From: an uncultured bacterium
GTDB taxonomy: Bacteria; Patescibacteriota; Minisyncoccia; Phycocordibacterales; DATDWN01
Assembly (NCBI GenBank): GCA_963727715.1
Contig: CAVSGX010000003.1
Coordinates: forward strand, 157-64,156
Direction of reading: 5' to 3'
Length of the DNA stretch: 64,000 nt
The notes under the pieces were generated by a model. The model was not told the DNA's origin, ran no database searches, and worked only from the letters and a program-made list of their open reading frames with translations. The position numbers and the translations under genes were made by a program. Below are positions 19,608 to 29,264 of the stretch, piece by piece (position 1 is the stretch's first letter; every line of letters starts with the position of its first letter).

Positions 19608-19958
19608 AAAAGAAATTTGTTTAGTGGTGAAAGTTGGATACAGAAAAACCGCCGACCGTGGCCAAACGGTTTCCCATTGGCGCCGGTTGGCGGGTGTTAT
19701 CTCTTTCTCCTGATCTTCCAAATCGTTCCCGGAGGCCAATCATTTTTCTCCGTAGAGAGAATCTGTTCCTCAGCCTCTTTTCTGCTGGTCGCATTGAACT
19801 CCCAGCTTGCCTTTCTCTTGAGCCAACTTCCATTGTGAGAAGCTGTAACCCTGTAAGTATATCTTCATGGCTCTCCTTCCACTGGGAATTATAGACCTTT
19901 TATATTATTTGTCAAGCACGAAAAAGTGGCTAGAAATAAAGCTAAAAATTAAAAATTG

Positions 19959-21056
19959 CTATTTCATCAAATTGAAAACATCATGCGCGGAGATGAAGAG
20001 CATCAGGGCGAGGAGGAGAAAAAAGCCGATGGTGTTGAGCCAGCTTGCTACTTTAGGTGGGATTTGGCGACGAGTGACAGCTTCAATGGCTACAAAAAGC
20101 AGACGACCACCGTCCAAAGCTGGAAACGGCACTAAATTAATTAGAGCAAGATTGATGGAAATGATAGCGACAAGCGAGAGTAAATAAATAAAACCGAGAC
20201 GCGAAGCTTGCCCGACCACGCCGGCTATGCCGATCGGGCCGGAAACTTCCGACCAGTTGGATTTGAGATTGATTGTCTGCCAAAGAAAATCGATCAGACC
20301 TTGAGCTGTGGAAATTGTTAGGAGATATGTGGTGCGCGCTCCTTCCAGAACCGCAAAATAAAACGGCAGTTTCAAAGTTCCCATATCGTCCATTGCCACA
20401 CCGATCAGACGCTTCCCTTGGACCAGATTTGGACTCGGTGTGATTGTCACTTTTTTCGGCGGACTGTTTTTTTCTGTGTAGGAAATTATCACATCACCGT
20501 GATTTTTGGAAATAGTCGAAGAAATATTTTCAGCCGTCGGGTTGATGATTTGCTCATTGCCAATCTCCGCGGAAACAATCACATCTCCCGCTTTTAAGCC
20601 CGCCAAATCGGCCGGCGATTTCGGCAGAACATCAGTGATGACCGTTTGCACATTTTGAGTCTGGCCGAAAACACTCTGTCCAACTGGAGATTGCATGCCG
20701 ATAGAAAAGCAGACCGAAATCAAAAGCCAAGCGAAAATCAGATTGAAAAAAATGCCGGCAACAAGAACGAGAGCCTGAATCCATTTCGGCTTACTGGAAA
20801 AACTGCGCGCTTTTTCCGGCTCGCTCAATTTTACGTCGTCGGCCGATTCTTCACCGAGCATTTTGACGAAACCGCCAAGCGGAATCCAATTTATCGAGTA
20901 CAAAGTTTCGCCGATCTTTTTGCCCCAAGCTCGCGGTGGCAATCCGATGCCAAACTCTTCCACCAAAACGTCGAATTTTTTGGCGACCAAAAAATGCCCA
21001 ACTTCGTGGACGAGAACCAAAACGGCGATGATTATTATGAAAATTATTACAACCAT
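19959..21056 (-). CDS. rseP: RIP metalloprotease RseP (site-2 protease)
   Basis: HEVGHFLVAKKF zinc motif; PDZ domain; C-terminal LDGG motif (PFPALDGGRLL). Confidence 0.85.
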   Translation of the reverse strand: MVVIIFIIIIAVLVLVHEVGHFLVAKKFDVLVEEFGIGLPPRAWGKKIGETLYSINWIPLGGFVKMLGEESADDVKLSEPEKARSFSSKPKWIQALVLVAGIFFNLIFAWLLISVCFSIGMQSPVGQSVFGQTQNVQTVITDVLPKSPADLAGLKAGDVIVSAEIGNEQIINPTAENISSTISKNHGDVIISYTEKNSPPKKVTITPSPNLVQGKRLIGVAMDDMGTLKLPFYFAVLEGARTTYLLTISTAQGLIDFLWQTINLKSNWSEVSGPIGIAGVVGQASRLGFIYLLSLVAIISINLALINLVPFPALDGGRLLFVAIEAVTRRQIPPKVASWLNTIGFFLLLALMLFISAHDVFNLMK

Positions 21057-21088
21057 AGTTTATTCAAATTCTCGGCTTCTTATAATTT

Positions 21089-21275
21089 TTTTGAAACATC
21101 GCGCAGGAAATTAGAAAACAACGACGAAGATGGAGTAAGCTCGGAGCAGTGACCCTCCTGAAAGAGAGGGCGACCTCAGCAGAGGTCGTTTGCGGAGAGC
21201 TACAAGTCGAGGAAGATTGTTTTCTTGATTTCCGAGCGTAGTAATTCGCCAGCAGGCGAATATACGTGTTTCAAA
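21089..21275. repeat. MITE-like repeat, family A, copy 3 (inverted relative to copy 1)
   Basis: Its reverse complement aligns almost base for base with the copy at 42129-42337. Confidence 0.6.
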
Positions 21276-21295
21276 AAAATTATACAGAAGCCAGT

Positions 21296-21847
21296 TTACT
21301 CTCCTATCTCCTTCTCTTTCTTCCCAAAAATTTCTTCCAATTTTCGGCCGGCTTCGTCCACCATTTTTTGCAACTCGGTTTTGAAACGAAATTTTTCATC
21401 TTCGGAAATTGTTCCGGATTTTTCTTGCGCGTCAATATCTTTTATCACTCGCTCTCGTTCTCCACGCAATGTCGTCTTGGCATCTTCCAATTTTTGCTTG
21501 GCGATTTTGAGAAGGGCCACGCGCCTGTCCGCGGTCAGTTCTGGGAAAATTACTCGCAGGCTGACACCATCCACTGTAACTGAAAGTCCCAAACCGGAGG
21601 CGATAATGGCTTTTTCGATCGGCTTTGTCTGGGTGGTGTCCCAAGGCGAAATGCGGATCATTCTGGCCTCTTCGGTGGCAATGGTAGCCAGCTGACTCAC
21701 CGGCATTTGCGAACCGTAGGCTTCCACCAAAACGCCGTCCAAAATGGCCGGACTGGCCCGCCCAGTGCGGATGCCGGCAAACTCGCGTAATAACCATTCA
21801 TGGATTTCGGTGCTCTTTTGTTTGAATGGTGTGAAGTTGTAGATCAT
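21296..21847 (-). CDS. frr: Ribosome recycling factor
   Basis: 183 aa; typical RRF pattern (REFAGIRTGRASPAILDGV..V..YG...P..QLA..). Confidence 0.88.
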   Translation of the reverse strand: MIYNFTPFKQKSTEIHEWLLREFAGIRTGRASPAILDGVLVEAYGSQMPVSQLATIATEEARMIRISPWDTTQTKPIEKAIIASGLGLSVTVDGVSLRVIFPELTADRRVALLKIAKQKLEDAKTTLRGERERVIKDIDAQEKSGTISEDEKFRFKTELQKMVDEAGRKLEEIFGKKEKEIGE

Positions 21848-21888
21848 GGTTTGATTTTAACAAAAAAGTCCCAAAAAAGAAAATCCAC

Positions 21889-22329
21889 TTGATTAAATTG
21901 ACAAACCTTACGGGTGGGCATAGTATTTTCGAGGGGTCAAACATGCTAATTGAAAATTCGGAAGCGACTTTTGAAGTGAACATTCACAAAGAAGAAGACC
22001 GCAGAAATGAAATTGTCGTGCATATTGATGGTCATTATGCTCATCCCGATGTTATTCTTGAAATAGAAACGCTAGTAAGTTTTCAGTGGGAGGGGAAAAC
22101 ATTTGTTAAAGACGCTGGGCAGTCTTTGATGGATCTGCTTAGGGAATTGATCAAAGTAGATTCCAGATCGCGTGGAGATGTCGATGAGCACGAAATCCAT
22201 TTTGAGATTCAGATTTCCGAAGGAAGAGTAGTTTTCAAAAATAATAAAATTTTTCTTCGTGAAGTTTCCTTTGTTCTTAAAAAAGTCATCTCTGTCAAAC
22301 CAATTTTGACAGAAACAAAACCGTCTTGA
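21889..22329 (+). CDS. Hypothetical protein
   Basis: 146-aa ORF with local codon usage; no recognisable motif. Confidence 0.3.
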   Translation: MIKLTNLTGGHSIFEGSNMLIENSEATFEVNIHKEEDRRNEIVVHIDGHYAHPDVILEIETLVSFQWEGKTFVKDAGQSLMDLLRELIKVDSRSRGDVDEHEIHFEIQISEGRVVFKNNKIFLREVSFVLKKVISVKPILTETKPS

Positions 22330-22370
22330 GCATTCAAGACGGTCTGTTTTTTAAAATTTATCTAGATTTA

Positions 22371-23414
22371 TTACTTCCCTACCACATCATATTTGCCATC
22401 TTTCAGCTTCTTGAAAAGTTTTGGATTTTGCAAGTTGACCATAATGGTGTTTTCCTTGACATAGCGTTCCTTCAAAACTTTCTTGATGATTTCTTCTTTG
22501 GTCATCGGGCCGTTCTTTTGCAGGACATTGCGGATGACATCCTTGACCACGCCGGCCATATAACCCCACTCGGTCAGAGCGTAAAGTCCGCGACCAACCA
22601 GCACAAAGCGTGGGTCTTTGATGAGCTCATTGTGAGTCGTAGCTACATGAGCTTTCTTTTTGAAAAGTTCGGTAATCAGTTTGGCCACTTCGCGGAAGTG
22701 AATTGGGCTACCGTGCCTTCGAATAACCAGAAAAGCGTAATCGCGCATACCTTTGGCGTTGATGTTCGGAGAACTCTTCTTGCCCCACTCGCCGAGAGGA
22801 TTTTTATCTATCAGTTTGGACAACGCCAAGTATCGTTTGGCAATTTCTTCGGTCTTGTATTTATCGGAAACATCTTTGAGATTTTCCAGAAACTTTTCCA
22901 CCATATCGGCTTCAACCAAAATCTCATCATTGGAAAGTGAACTGTAAAGTTTGCGCAGAGCTTCGTGGATTTTCTGGGACAGCTCTTTGTCGACATGCCA
23001 GCGGTGTTTGAACTCATCATCTTCTTTTTCTTTGACAAACTCTTCGCCAATGACCAGCATAAAATGAATATGGTTTTGGGTGGATTTATCCTTGGAGATA
23101 TGCTTCAAAAAACCCTCCTCGGAGACTACTGAGCCAAGTTCAACCAAAATATTTTTTAGTTCGTCAAAGGCTGGTTTTTCTTTGGTATATTCTTTGGATT
23201 TACGGATATTAGTCAGAGAATAATTTTCAATTTGGCGGACTCTTTCACGGGTAATCTTATATTTTTTACCAATGGCTTCCAGAGTCATTCGCTTGGTCTC
23301 TTTGCCGAGACCGAAACGACCGGATAAAACATCTTGAGCTCGAGCAGACAAAACAGACAGCAGTCTTTTTGTCACTTGTTTTGGTTTGAAACTGACCATT
23401 GATTTTTCGTTCAT
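22371..23414 (-). CDS. Sigma-70 region-4-like HTH protein with C-terminal HARE-HTH-like winged helix (not a canonical sigma factor)
   Basis: N-terminus RMTLEAIGKKYKITRERVRQIENYSLTNIRK is a sigma r4.2-type HTH. C-terminus HFREVAKLITELF..ELIKDPRFVLVGRGLYALTEWGY resembles the RpoE/delta HARE-HTH motif. No sigma region 2. Confidence 0.45.
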   Translation of the reverse strand: MNEKSMVSFKPKQVTKRLLSVLSARAQDVLSGRFGLGKETKRMTLEAIGKKYKITRERVRQIENYSLTNIRKSKEYTKEKPAFDELKNILVELGSVVSEEGFLKHISKDKSTQNHIHFMLVIGEEFVKEKEDDEFKHRWHVDKELSQKIHEALRKLYSSLSNDEILVEADMVEKFLENLKDVSDKYKTEEIAKRYLALSKLIDKNPLGEWGKKSSPNINAKGMRDYAFLVIRRHGSPIHFREVAKLITELFKKKAHVATTHNELIKDPRFVLVGRGLYALTEWGYMAGVVKDVIRNVLQKNGPMTKEEIIKKVLKERYVKENTIMVNLQNPKLFKKLKDGKYDVVGK

Positions 23415-23510
23415 ATTTTTAATATTTTTTTAGAACCTTTAATAGTTCAACAAATGTCCACTTATTTCTATCATTATCGCCAATTTAAGTCAAGTCGCCC
23501 CGAAATCTTG

Positions 23511-25947
23511 TCAAGAGATGACAAAATTCAGGAGACGGTTTGGAATATGAATTATTTTTAGAACATTTTTGTCGGCAAGCCACTTATCCACACCGGGTAC
23601 TTTCCGAGCCATGGTCACAAGCTCGTCTTTGGACATATCGCGCGCCACCGTGATCTCTGCTCGGACTTTGCCGTTGACCTGAATGACCACACTGACTTCC
23701 CCGCTTTGCATTTTGGCTTTGTCAGCCTCCGGCCATTTCTCGGAAACCAAAAATGTTTTATGACCGAGATTGTGCCAAAGCTCATCGCTTATGTGCGGAG
23801 CGAACGGCGACAAAATTTTCAGAAAAATTTCAAAATATTTTTGTGGCACAGCCGACGCTTTTTCAAATTGGCCGATTAAAATCATCATAGCCGAAATAGC
23901 TGTATTGAAATGCATAATCTCAATATCACCCGAAACTTTTTTGACAGTTTGGTTTAAAAGTATTTCAAGATTTTTATTTTGACCGGCTTTTTCGGATATT
24001 TTCTCTTGCAATTTCCAAACTCGTTCCAAAAATCTTCGCGAACCGGAAATGCTATTTGTGTCCCAGTTGATGGCCTGATCAAATGGGCCCATAAACATTT
24101 CATAAACACGCAAAGTGTCGGCGCCATAAGTTTTAACAATGTCGTCCGGGTTGATAACATTGCCACGCGATTTGGACATCTTCTCGCCGTTCTCGGCCAA
24201 AATGAATCCGTGCGATGTGCGTTTTTTGTACGGCTCGCTTGTCGGCACCAGTCCGATATCAAACAAAAATTTGTTCCAAAATCGCGAGTACAAAAGATGC
24301 AGCGTAGTGTGTTCCATTCCGCCGTTGTACCAATCCACAGGCATCCAGTATTTCAGTTTTTTCATGTCGGCGAATTTTTTGAAATTTTTTGGATCAGCAG
24401 TAGCGCAGAAAATACCAACTGGATCCGGCCCAGTTTGGCATCGTATCCGTTTCGCGCTTGGCCTTGCCTCCACACTTTGGGCATTTGGTGTTGACCCATT
24501 TTGAAATGTTGGCCAGTGGCGACTCGCCGGTTTCTGTCGGCTGATATTTCTCCACTTTCGGCAATTTCAGTGGCAAATCTTTTTCCGGCATAGCAACCAA
24601 TCCACAATTTTCGCAATCCACAACCGGAATCGGCTCGCCCCAGTAGCGTTGTCGTGAAAAAACCCAATCGCGCAGTTTAAATGTTTCTGTCATTTTACCA
24701 CCTGCAAACTCGGTGATTTTTTTCTTGGCTTCTTCACTTTTCATTCCGTCAAATTTGCCGGAGTTGATCATTTTTCCTTCTCCAACATAAGCTTCTTTCA
24801 TTTCTTCCACATTATTTTCAGATGACACCACTTCTTTTATAGGCAAACCATATTTTTTTGCAAACAAAAAATCACGCTCATCATGGGCCGGCACAGCCAT
24901 AACCGCGCCCGTGCCATAGTCGGCCAAAACATAATCGGCAATCCAAACCGGCATTTCTTCGTTGTTTGCGGGATTAACCACCAAAACTCCATTCAATCTC
25001 ACACCCGGTTTTTTCCTTTCGTCGTTTGTCCGTTCAATCTGCGCCGTCTTTTTTGTCTGTTCAAGTATTTTTCGACTTCCGGCTAATTTTTGATTTCCTC
25101 TTTCCAACTTCTGTACCAAGTGATTTTCTGGTGCAACAACCAAATATGTCACACCAAACAAGGTATCCGGCTCGTGTGGTGAAAACTTTTACTTACATTT
25201 TGAAATTTGGATTTTGGATTTATTTGTCATTTGAAATTTGGATTTTGAAATTTATTTCCGCCCCTTCCGAACGCCCAATCCAGTTTCTCTGCTGTAATTT
25301 TTATTTTCTCCAAATAATCCACCGTATCCAAATCTTTGTCCAGACGGTCGGCGTATTTGGTAATGCGCAGCATCCACTGTTCCTTTTCGCGTTTCTCCAC
25401 CGGTGTGCCGCAGCGTTCACATTTGCCGTTCACCACTTCCTCGTTGGCCAGGCCGATTTTGTCTTTCGGACACCAGTTGATGGCGATTTTGCTTTTGTAA
25501 GCTAAATCGTGTTTAAAAAATTGCAGAAAAAGCCACTGCGTCCATTTATAATATTTCGGGTCAGTCGTGTTGATTTCGCGCGACCAATCAAAAGAAATTC
25601 CAAGATAGTTTTATTTGCCGGCGAAAATTTTCCGATATTTTTTTTGGTTACTTCGGCTGGTTGCACGCCGGTTTTGATGGCGTAATTTTCTGTCGGCAAA
25701 CCAAAAGCGTCCCAACCCATCGGATACAGCACATCGTAGCCTTCCATCCTGCGTTTGCGCGCGACGATATCAATCCGATGTATGGTCGTGGATGTCCGAC
25801 ATGCAAGCCATCGCCTGACGGGTATGGAAACTCCACCAGCGCGTAATATTTGGGTTTCTTTGAAAAATCTTCAGCCTGAAAAATTTTCTTTTTCTCCCAT
25901 TCTTTCTGCCATTTTTTTTCTATCGTTGAGTGATTGTACACTTTCAT
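23511..25947 (-). pseudogene. leuS: Leucyl-tRNA synthetase interrupted by at least 4 frameshifts (assembly errors or a pseudogene)
   Basis: Five consecutive ORF fragments (25648-26184 HIGH region HVGHP, 25502-25747 [11 protein letters not shown], 25227-25436, 24394-25161 editing domain, 23511-24473 KMSKS and anticodon-binding domain) are collinear with LeuS; breaks fall at homopolymers such as T8 near 25637. Confidence 0.8.
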
Positions 25948-26014
25948 GATTTTTAAATAATACATAAAAAACCGCTTCTTGGCAAAGCGGTTTTTGCTGG
26001 TAATTTGTTTAATA

Positions 26015-26944
26015 TCATTTTGCGACTGGCACTGGAAAAACTTGCGGATAAGCAACCGGTTGTTTTGTGATTGTCTGACTAAGACAATATCTGCCGGCCG
26101 AATGACGTAGATAAGTATAACCAATATTTTCACCCGGATAAGCACTTTGAGGATTGGCTTTGTTAAACACGGCGCAAACTTCAAACGTCGTATCGCTGGT
26201 TTTTATGTACTCATATTGATTATGAGTCTGCGGATCTGTTGGAATGACGTAATAATTATTTAATGTGGCCAAATCAACAAGCGACTCCGGTAAAACATTT
26301 TTTGAATAGAAATAATTTTGAACCTGTCCGCTGATGCTTTGCAAGTCACTGACTCTTTGCTGATCATATTTGTAAAGTTGTTGTGTCCACGGCGAGCCGA
26401 GTACGGCAAATCCCCAGACGATTGAAGCGACGATAATAAGCAAAGCCAAAACAACCCACGATTTTTTTTCGTGTGAAGTTAGTGTTTTGCGAATATCGGA
26501 AATGTAGTAAAGAAAAACCAACCCGGTCACGACAAGCACGGATAAAACTTTTAGAAGAAACCCGGTGGTCATTTCCTGTCCGTCAAGAAAATAATAAAGC
26601 ACGGTCACCAAATCTCCGGCCAGCGTCAGTCCGGCGATGAAAAGGGTGATGTATGTCAGCCACTTGCGCACGCCAAGATTTTTTTTCTCTGGTTCCATGA
26701 GATAACTTTTTTCCAAAAACCATGAGAGCAAAATGAAAATCGGAAAGAAAATTATCAATGTAGCTACCGGAAAGCTGATGGAACTACTGCCTACATAATA
26801 ATAGTCTGTGATTTTTGGGTAAGCTTGGTTAATTACGGTGAAAAGTAAATTGAGCAAAGAGACAACCGTCGTGTAAAGTGCGACAATGGCGCCGAGGTTT
26901 AGAAAAAAATCCTTGGCACTCGTTTTTGGTTTTTGTGGGTCCAT
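26015..26944 (-). CDS. Hypothetical polytopic membrane protein
   Basis: 309 aa; about 6 predicted TM helices in the N-terminal two-thirds, then a soluble C-terminus. Confidence 0.4.
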   Translation of the reverse strand: MDPQKPKTSAKDFFLNLGAIVALYTTVVSLLNLLFTVINQAYPKITDYYYVGSSSISFPVATLIIFFPIFILLSWFLEKSYLMEPEKKNLGVRKWLTYITLFIAGLTLAGDLVTVLYYFLDGQEMTTGFLLKVLSVLVVTGLVFLYYISDIRKTLTSHEKKSWVVLALLIIVASIVWGFAVLGSPWTQQLYKYDQQRVSDLQSISGQVQNYFYSKNVLPESLVDLATLNNYYVIPTDPQTHNQYEYIKTSDTTFEVCAVFNKANPQSAYPGENIGYTYLRHSAGRYCLSQTITKQPVAYPQVFPVPVAK

Positions 26945-27019
26945 AAAAATTAGTTAGTTGATATAAGCGTATTATACCAAAATAAAAGTCCCTGTACATT
27001 AGGGACAATTTTTCTCCTT

Positions 27020-27232
27020 CTAATTTTCTTTTAACAGTTTTATGGTTTTTCCTGAAAGAATAGCCACAGTTGTCCAGGATATAAAACCAATTCCATAGAT
27101 AATTGTTCCAATCGACTGTTTGTTATAATATACAGAGCCGATCGTAGCCACTAAACAGAAAGCAAGCATAAAAAGAGCAAGATAAAAAATTATTCTCAAA
27201 AATATTTTCATCGCATTGTCCTCCGATGCCAT
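27020..27232 (-). CDS. Small hypothetical membrane protein
   Basis: 70 aa; two hydrophobic helices. Confidence 0.3.
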   Translation of the reverse strand: MASEDNAMKIFLRIIFYLALFMLAFCLVATIGSVYYNKQSIGTIIYGIGFISWTTVAILSGKTIKLLKEN

Positions 27233-27254
27233 ATTAACTCAATATAGAAAAAAG

Positions 27255-28259
27255 TCAAATCCTAAATTCAATCACATCGCCATCCTTTACCACATATTCT
27301 TTACCCTCGGTTTTGACCAAACCTTTCTCGCGAGCCTTCGCGTACGAGCCGGAAGCGAGAAGATCGGACCAGAAAACAATTTCGGCGCGGATGAATTTGT
27401 CGCGGAAGTCGGTGTGAATAGCTTGTCCGGCCACAGGTGCAGTGCTACCGCGGACAACCGTCCAAGCTCGCGATTCATCTTTGCCGGTAGTAAAATATGT
27501 AATGAGTTTGAGTGTCTCGTAGGCTTTTTGAATCAGAGAATCCAAACCTTTTTCAAAAATCGGATCAATCTCAACATACGGCCCGGGGATTTTGTTGGCA
27601 ACTTCGGTCAAATTTTTAGACGACGCTTCGGATGTGTTCAAAACATACAAAATCAGCTTCATACTCAAGAGATGCATCGATTTGACGAAAACGATTTCTT
27701 TTTCATCAAGGGCGGTGGTGTTGGCCATTTTGCTGTCCTCAAGTATTTTTTGAATTTTGGCTAAAACCCCGTCTTCTTCAATCGCCTCTTTTTTGTGTGC
27801 TTTGATTTCTTTGGAAAGATTTTCGCGTCTTTTGGTCACGGTCTGCAAGTCGGCCAGAATCAATTCCAGATTTATAACTTCAATATCCGACAGTGGATCA
27901 ACTTTGCCACTGACATGAATAATATCGTCATCCTCAAAAATTCTGACAACTTCGGCGATAGCGTCCACTTCGCGGATATTTGACAGAAATTTGTTGCCGA
28001 GTCCCTCGCCAACGCTCGCACCTTTGACCAAACCGGCGATGTCCACGAATTCCACCACAGCCGGAATGGTTTTAGCCGACTTGCTAAACTCTGACAATTT
28101 CCACAACCGCTCGTCCGGCACAGGCACGATGCCAACCGATGGATCAATGGTGCAAAAAGGATAATTCTCGGCCGGCACAGACTTTTTGGTCAGCGCGTTA
28201 AAGAGCGTGGACTTTCCGACATTCGGTAAGCCAACTATTCCGATTGAAAGAGATTTCAT
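27255..28259 (-). CDS. ychF: Ribosome-binding ATPase YchF (Obg-family GTPase)
   Basis: P-loop IGIVGLPNVGKSTLFNALT; YchF-type G motifs; C-terminal TGS domain. Confidence 0.85.
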   Translation of the reverse strand: MKSLSIGIVGLPNVGKSTLFNALTKKSVPAENYPFCTIDPSVGIVPVPDERLWKLSEFSKSAKTIPAVVEFVDIAGLVKGASVGEGLGNKFLSNIREVDAIAEVVRIFEDDDIIHVSGKVDPLSDIEVINLELILADLQTVTKRRENLSKEIKAHKKEAIEEDGVLAKIQKILEDSKMANTTALDEKEIVFVKSMHLLSMKLILYVLNTSEASSKNLTEVANKIPGPYVEIDPIFEKGLDSLIQKAYETLKLITYFTTGKDESRAWTVVRGSTAPVAGQAIHTDFRDKFIRAEIVFWSDLLASGSYAKAREKGLVKTEGKEYVVKDGDVIEFRI

Positions 28260-28299
28260 AACTTTAAAATAACATGTACAAATATTTTTGAAAAGGATG

Positions 28300-28357
28300 T
28301 TGACAAGATTTTGAATTTATGTAGCATATCTGACAGAGATCATTTTTAGATCTTTGT
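28300..28357 (+). promoter_or_regulatory. Sigma-70-like promoter (TTGACA, 16 nt spacer, TAGCAT) followed by an imperfect dyad GACAGAGATCATTTTTAGATCTTTGTC, upstream of the GC-rich gene
   Basis: Consensus -35 and plausible -10 in AT-rich native sequence directly 5' of the GC-rich block; the dyad is a candidate operator. Confidence 0.4.
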
Positions 28358-28456
28358 CAAAAAGGGGGGTATCAAGCGAACACAAAAGCCCTCCCAAACC
28401 GTCAACCAGGAAAGAGGCGCGGCGGGAACGTGGCGCTTCGAAACGTGAAGGACCAC

Positions 28457-28885
28457 ATGAAGTTCAAACTTCTCGCTATCGTTTTCGCGTTCGCCTTCGC
28501 GGTGAGCGCACTCGGTGGAACACGTTCGTATTGGGACACTCTGTCCCAAGCCGAGAAAGCTGACTACGCTACGGCGGCTCGGGAGCACTGCATGGCGAGC
28601 AAGTTGCTCGGCGATGACCCGCTGCTCAAGACGGCGGACTCGTTCGGCGGACAATGCTCTTGCCCGAACCAGGGGAAGCTGTGTAGCGTTGACAACGACA
28701 ACTGCGCCGCCGACCCAATCGGGACGACATGTCAGATTTGGCAGACGTGTTTCTGCAAGCTCGACACGATCTATGCGTATCCGGATTGGTCGTTCTGGGG
28801 CCACTGCGCTTTATCTAACAAGAACAATGGCTCGCTCACACCACATCGCAGCCGTGTACTCGCGTCGATACCGGATGGGAAGTGA
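28457..28885 (+). CDS. Secreted cysteine-rich small protein in a GC-rich (about 58%) foreign island
   Basis: Signal peptide MKFKLLAIVFAFAFAVSALG; 9 Cys (CSCPNQGKLCSVDNDNC, TCQIWQTCFC, HCAL); strong G/C third-position bias unlike every neighbouring gene; RBS AAGGA 7 nt upstream. Confidence 0.55.
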   Translation: MKFKLLAIVFAFAFAVSALGGTRSYWDTLSQAEKADYATAAREHCMASKLLGDDPLLKTADSFGGQCSCPNQGKLCSVDNDNCAADPIGTTCQIWQTCFCKLDTIYAYPDWSFWGHCALSNKNNGSLTPHRSRVLASIPDGK

Positions 28886-29130
28886 TTTTGGAATCCGGGC
28901 GCGCGAGCAAAGCAGGCCAATGCCGGATGGATCTATGTTGGCGACACGACCATCATGGGACATCGCACGGCCATCATTGAACACTCTACGGGAACGATTT
29001 CCTGCCAGCGTTCAGGGTCATTCACCGGATTGCTCAAGGGTACGCCCTTGGCAGACGTGCTGAACAACCTCTCCAGTAGCCGCCACTAACAGCGACAAGA
29101 AGTTCTTTCAAAATGCGAATTTTATTCGCA

Positions 29131-29160
29131 GCCCGGACGATACCATCGTCCGGGTTTTTT
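29131..29160 (+). terminator. Rho-independent terminator closing the GC-rich island
   Basis: CCCGGACGA-TACCA-TCGTCCGGG hairpin followed by TTTTTT. Confidence 0.65.
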
Positions 29161-29264
29161 CATACAAATTTTTATTATTATTCAATAAATCTTACTAGAT
29201 ATCCAACTTTCCCTTTTCTAGATCCATAATCCACACTTTTTCTTAAATGGATAAAAAACAAACG

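Noticed and set aside
28346-29063. Long ORFs 28515-29063 (+, Arg-rich) and 28346-28804 (-) overlapping the GC-rich island
   Set aside because: They show the Arg/Ala/Pro-rich composition typical of wrong-frame or antisense translation of GC-rich coding DNA. The signal-peptide ORF 28457-28885 has the coherent third-position bias
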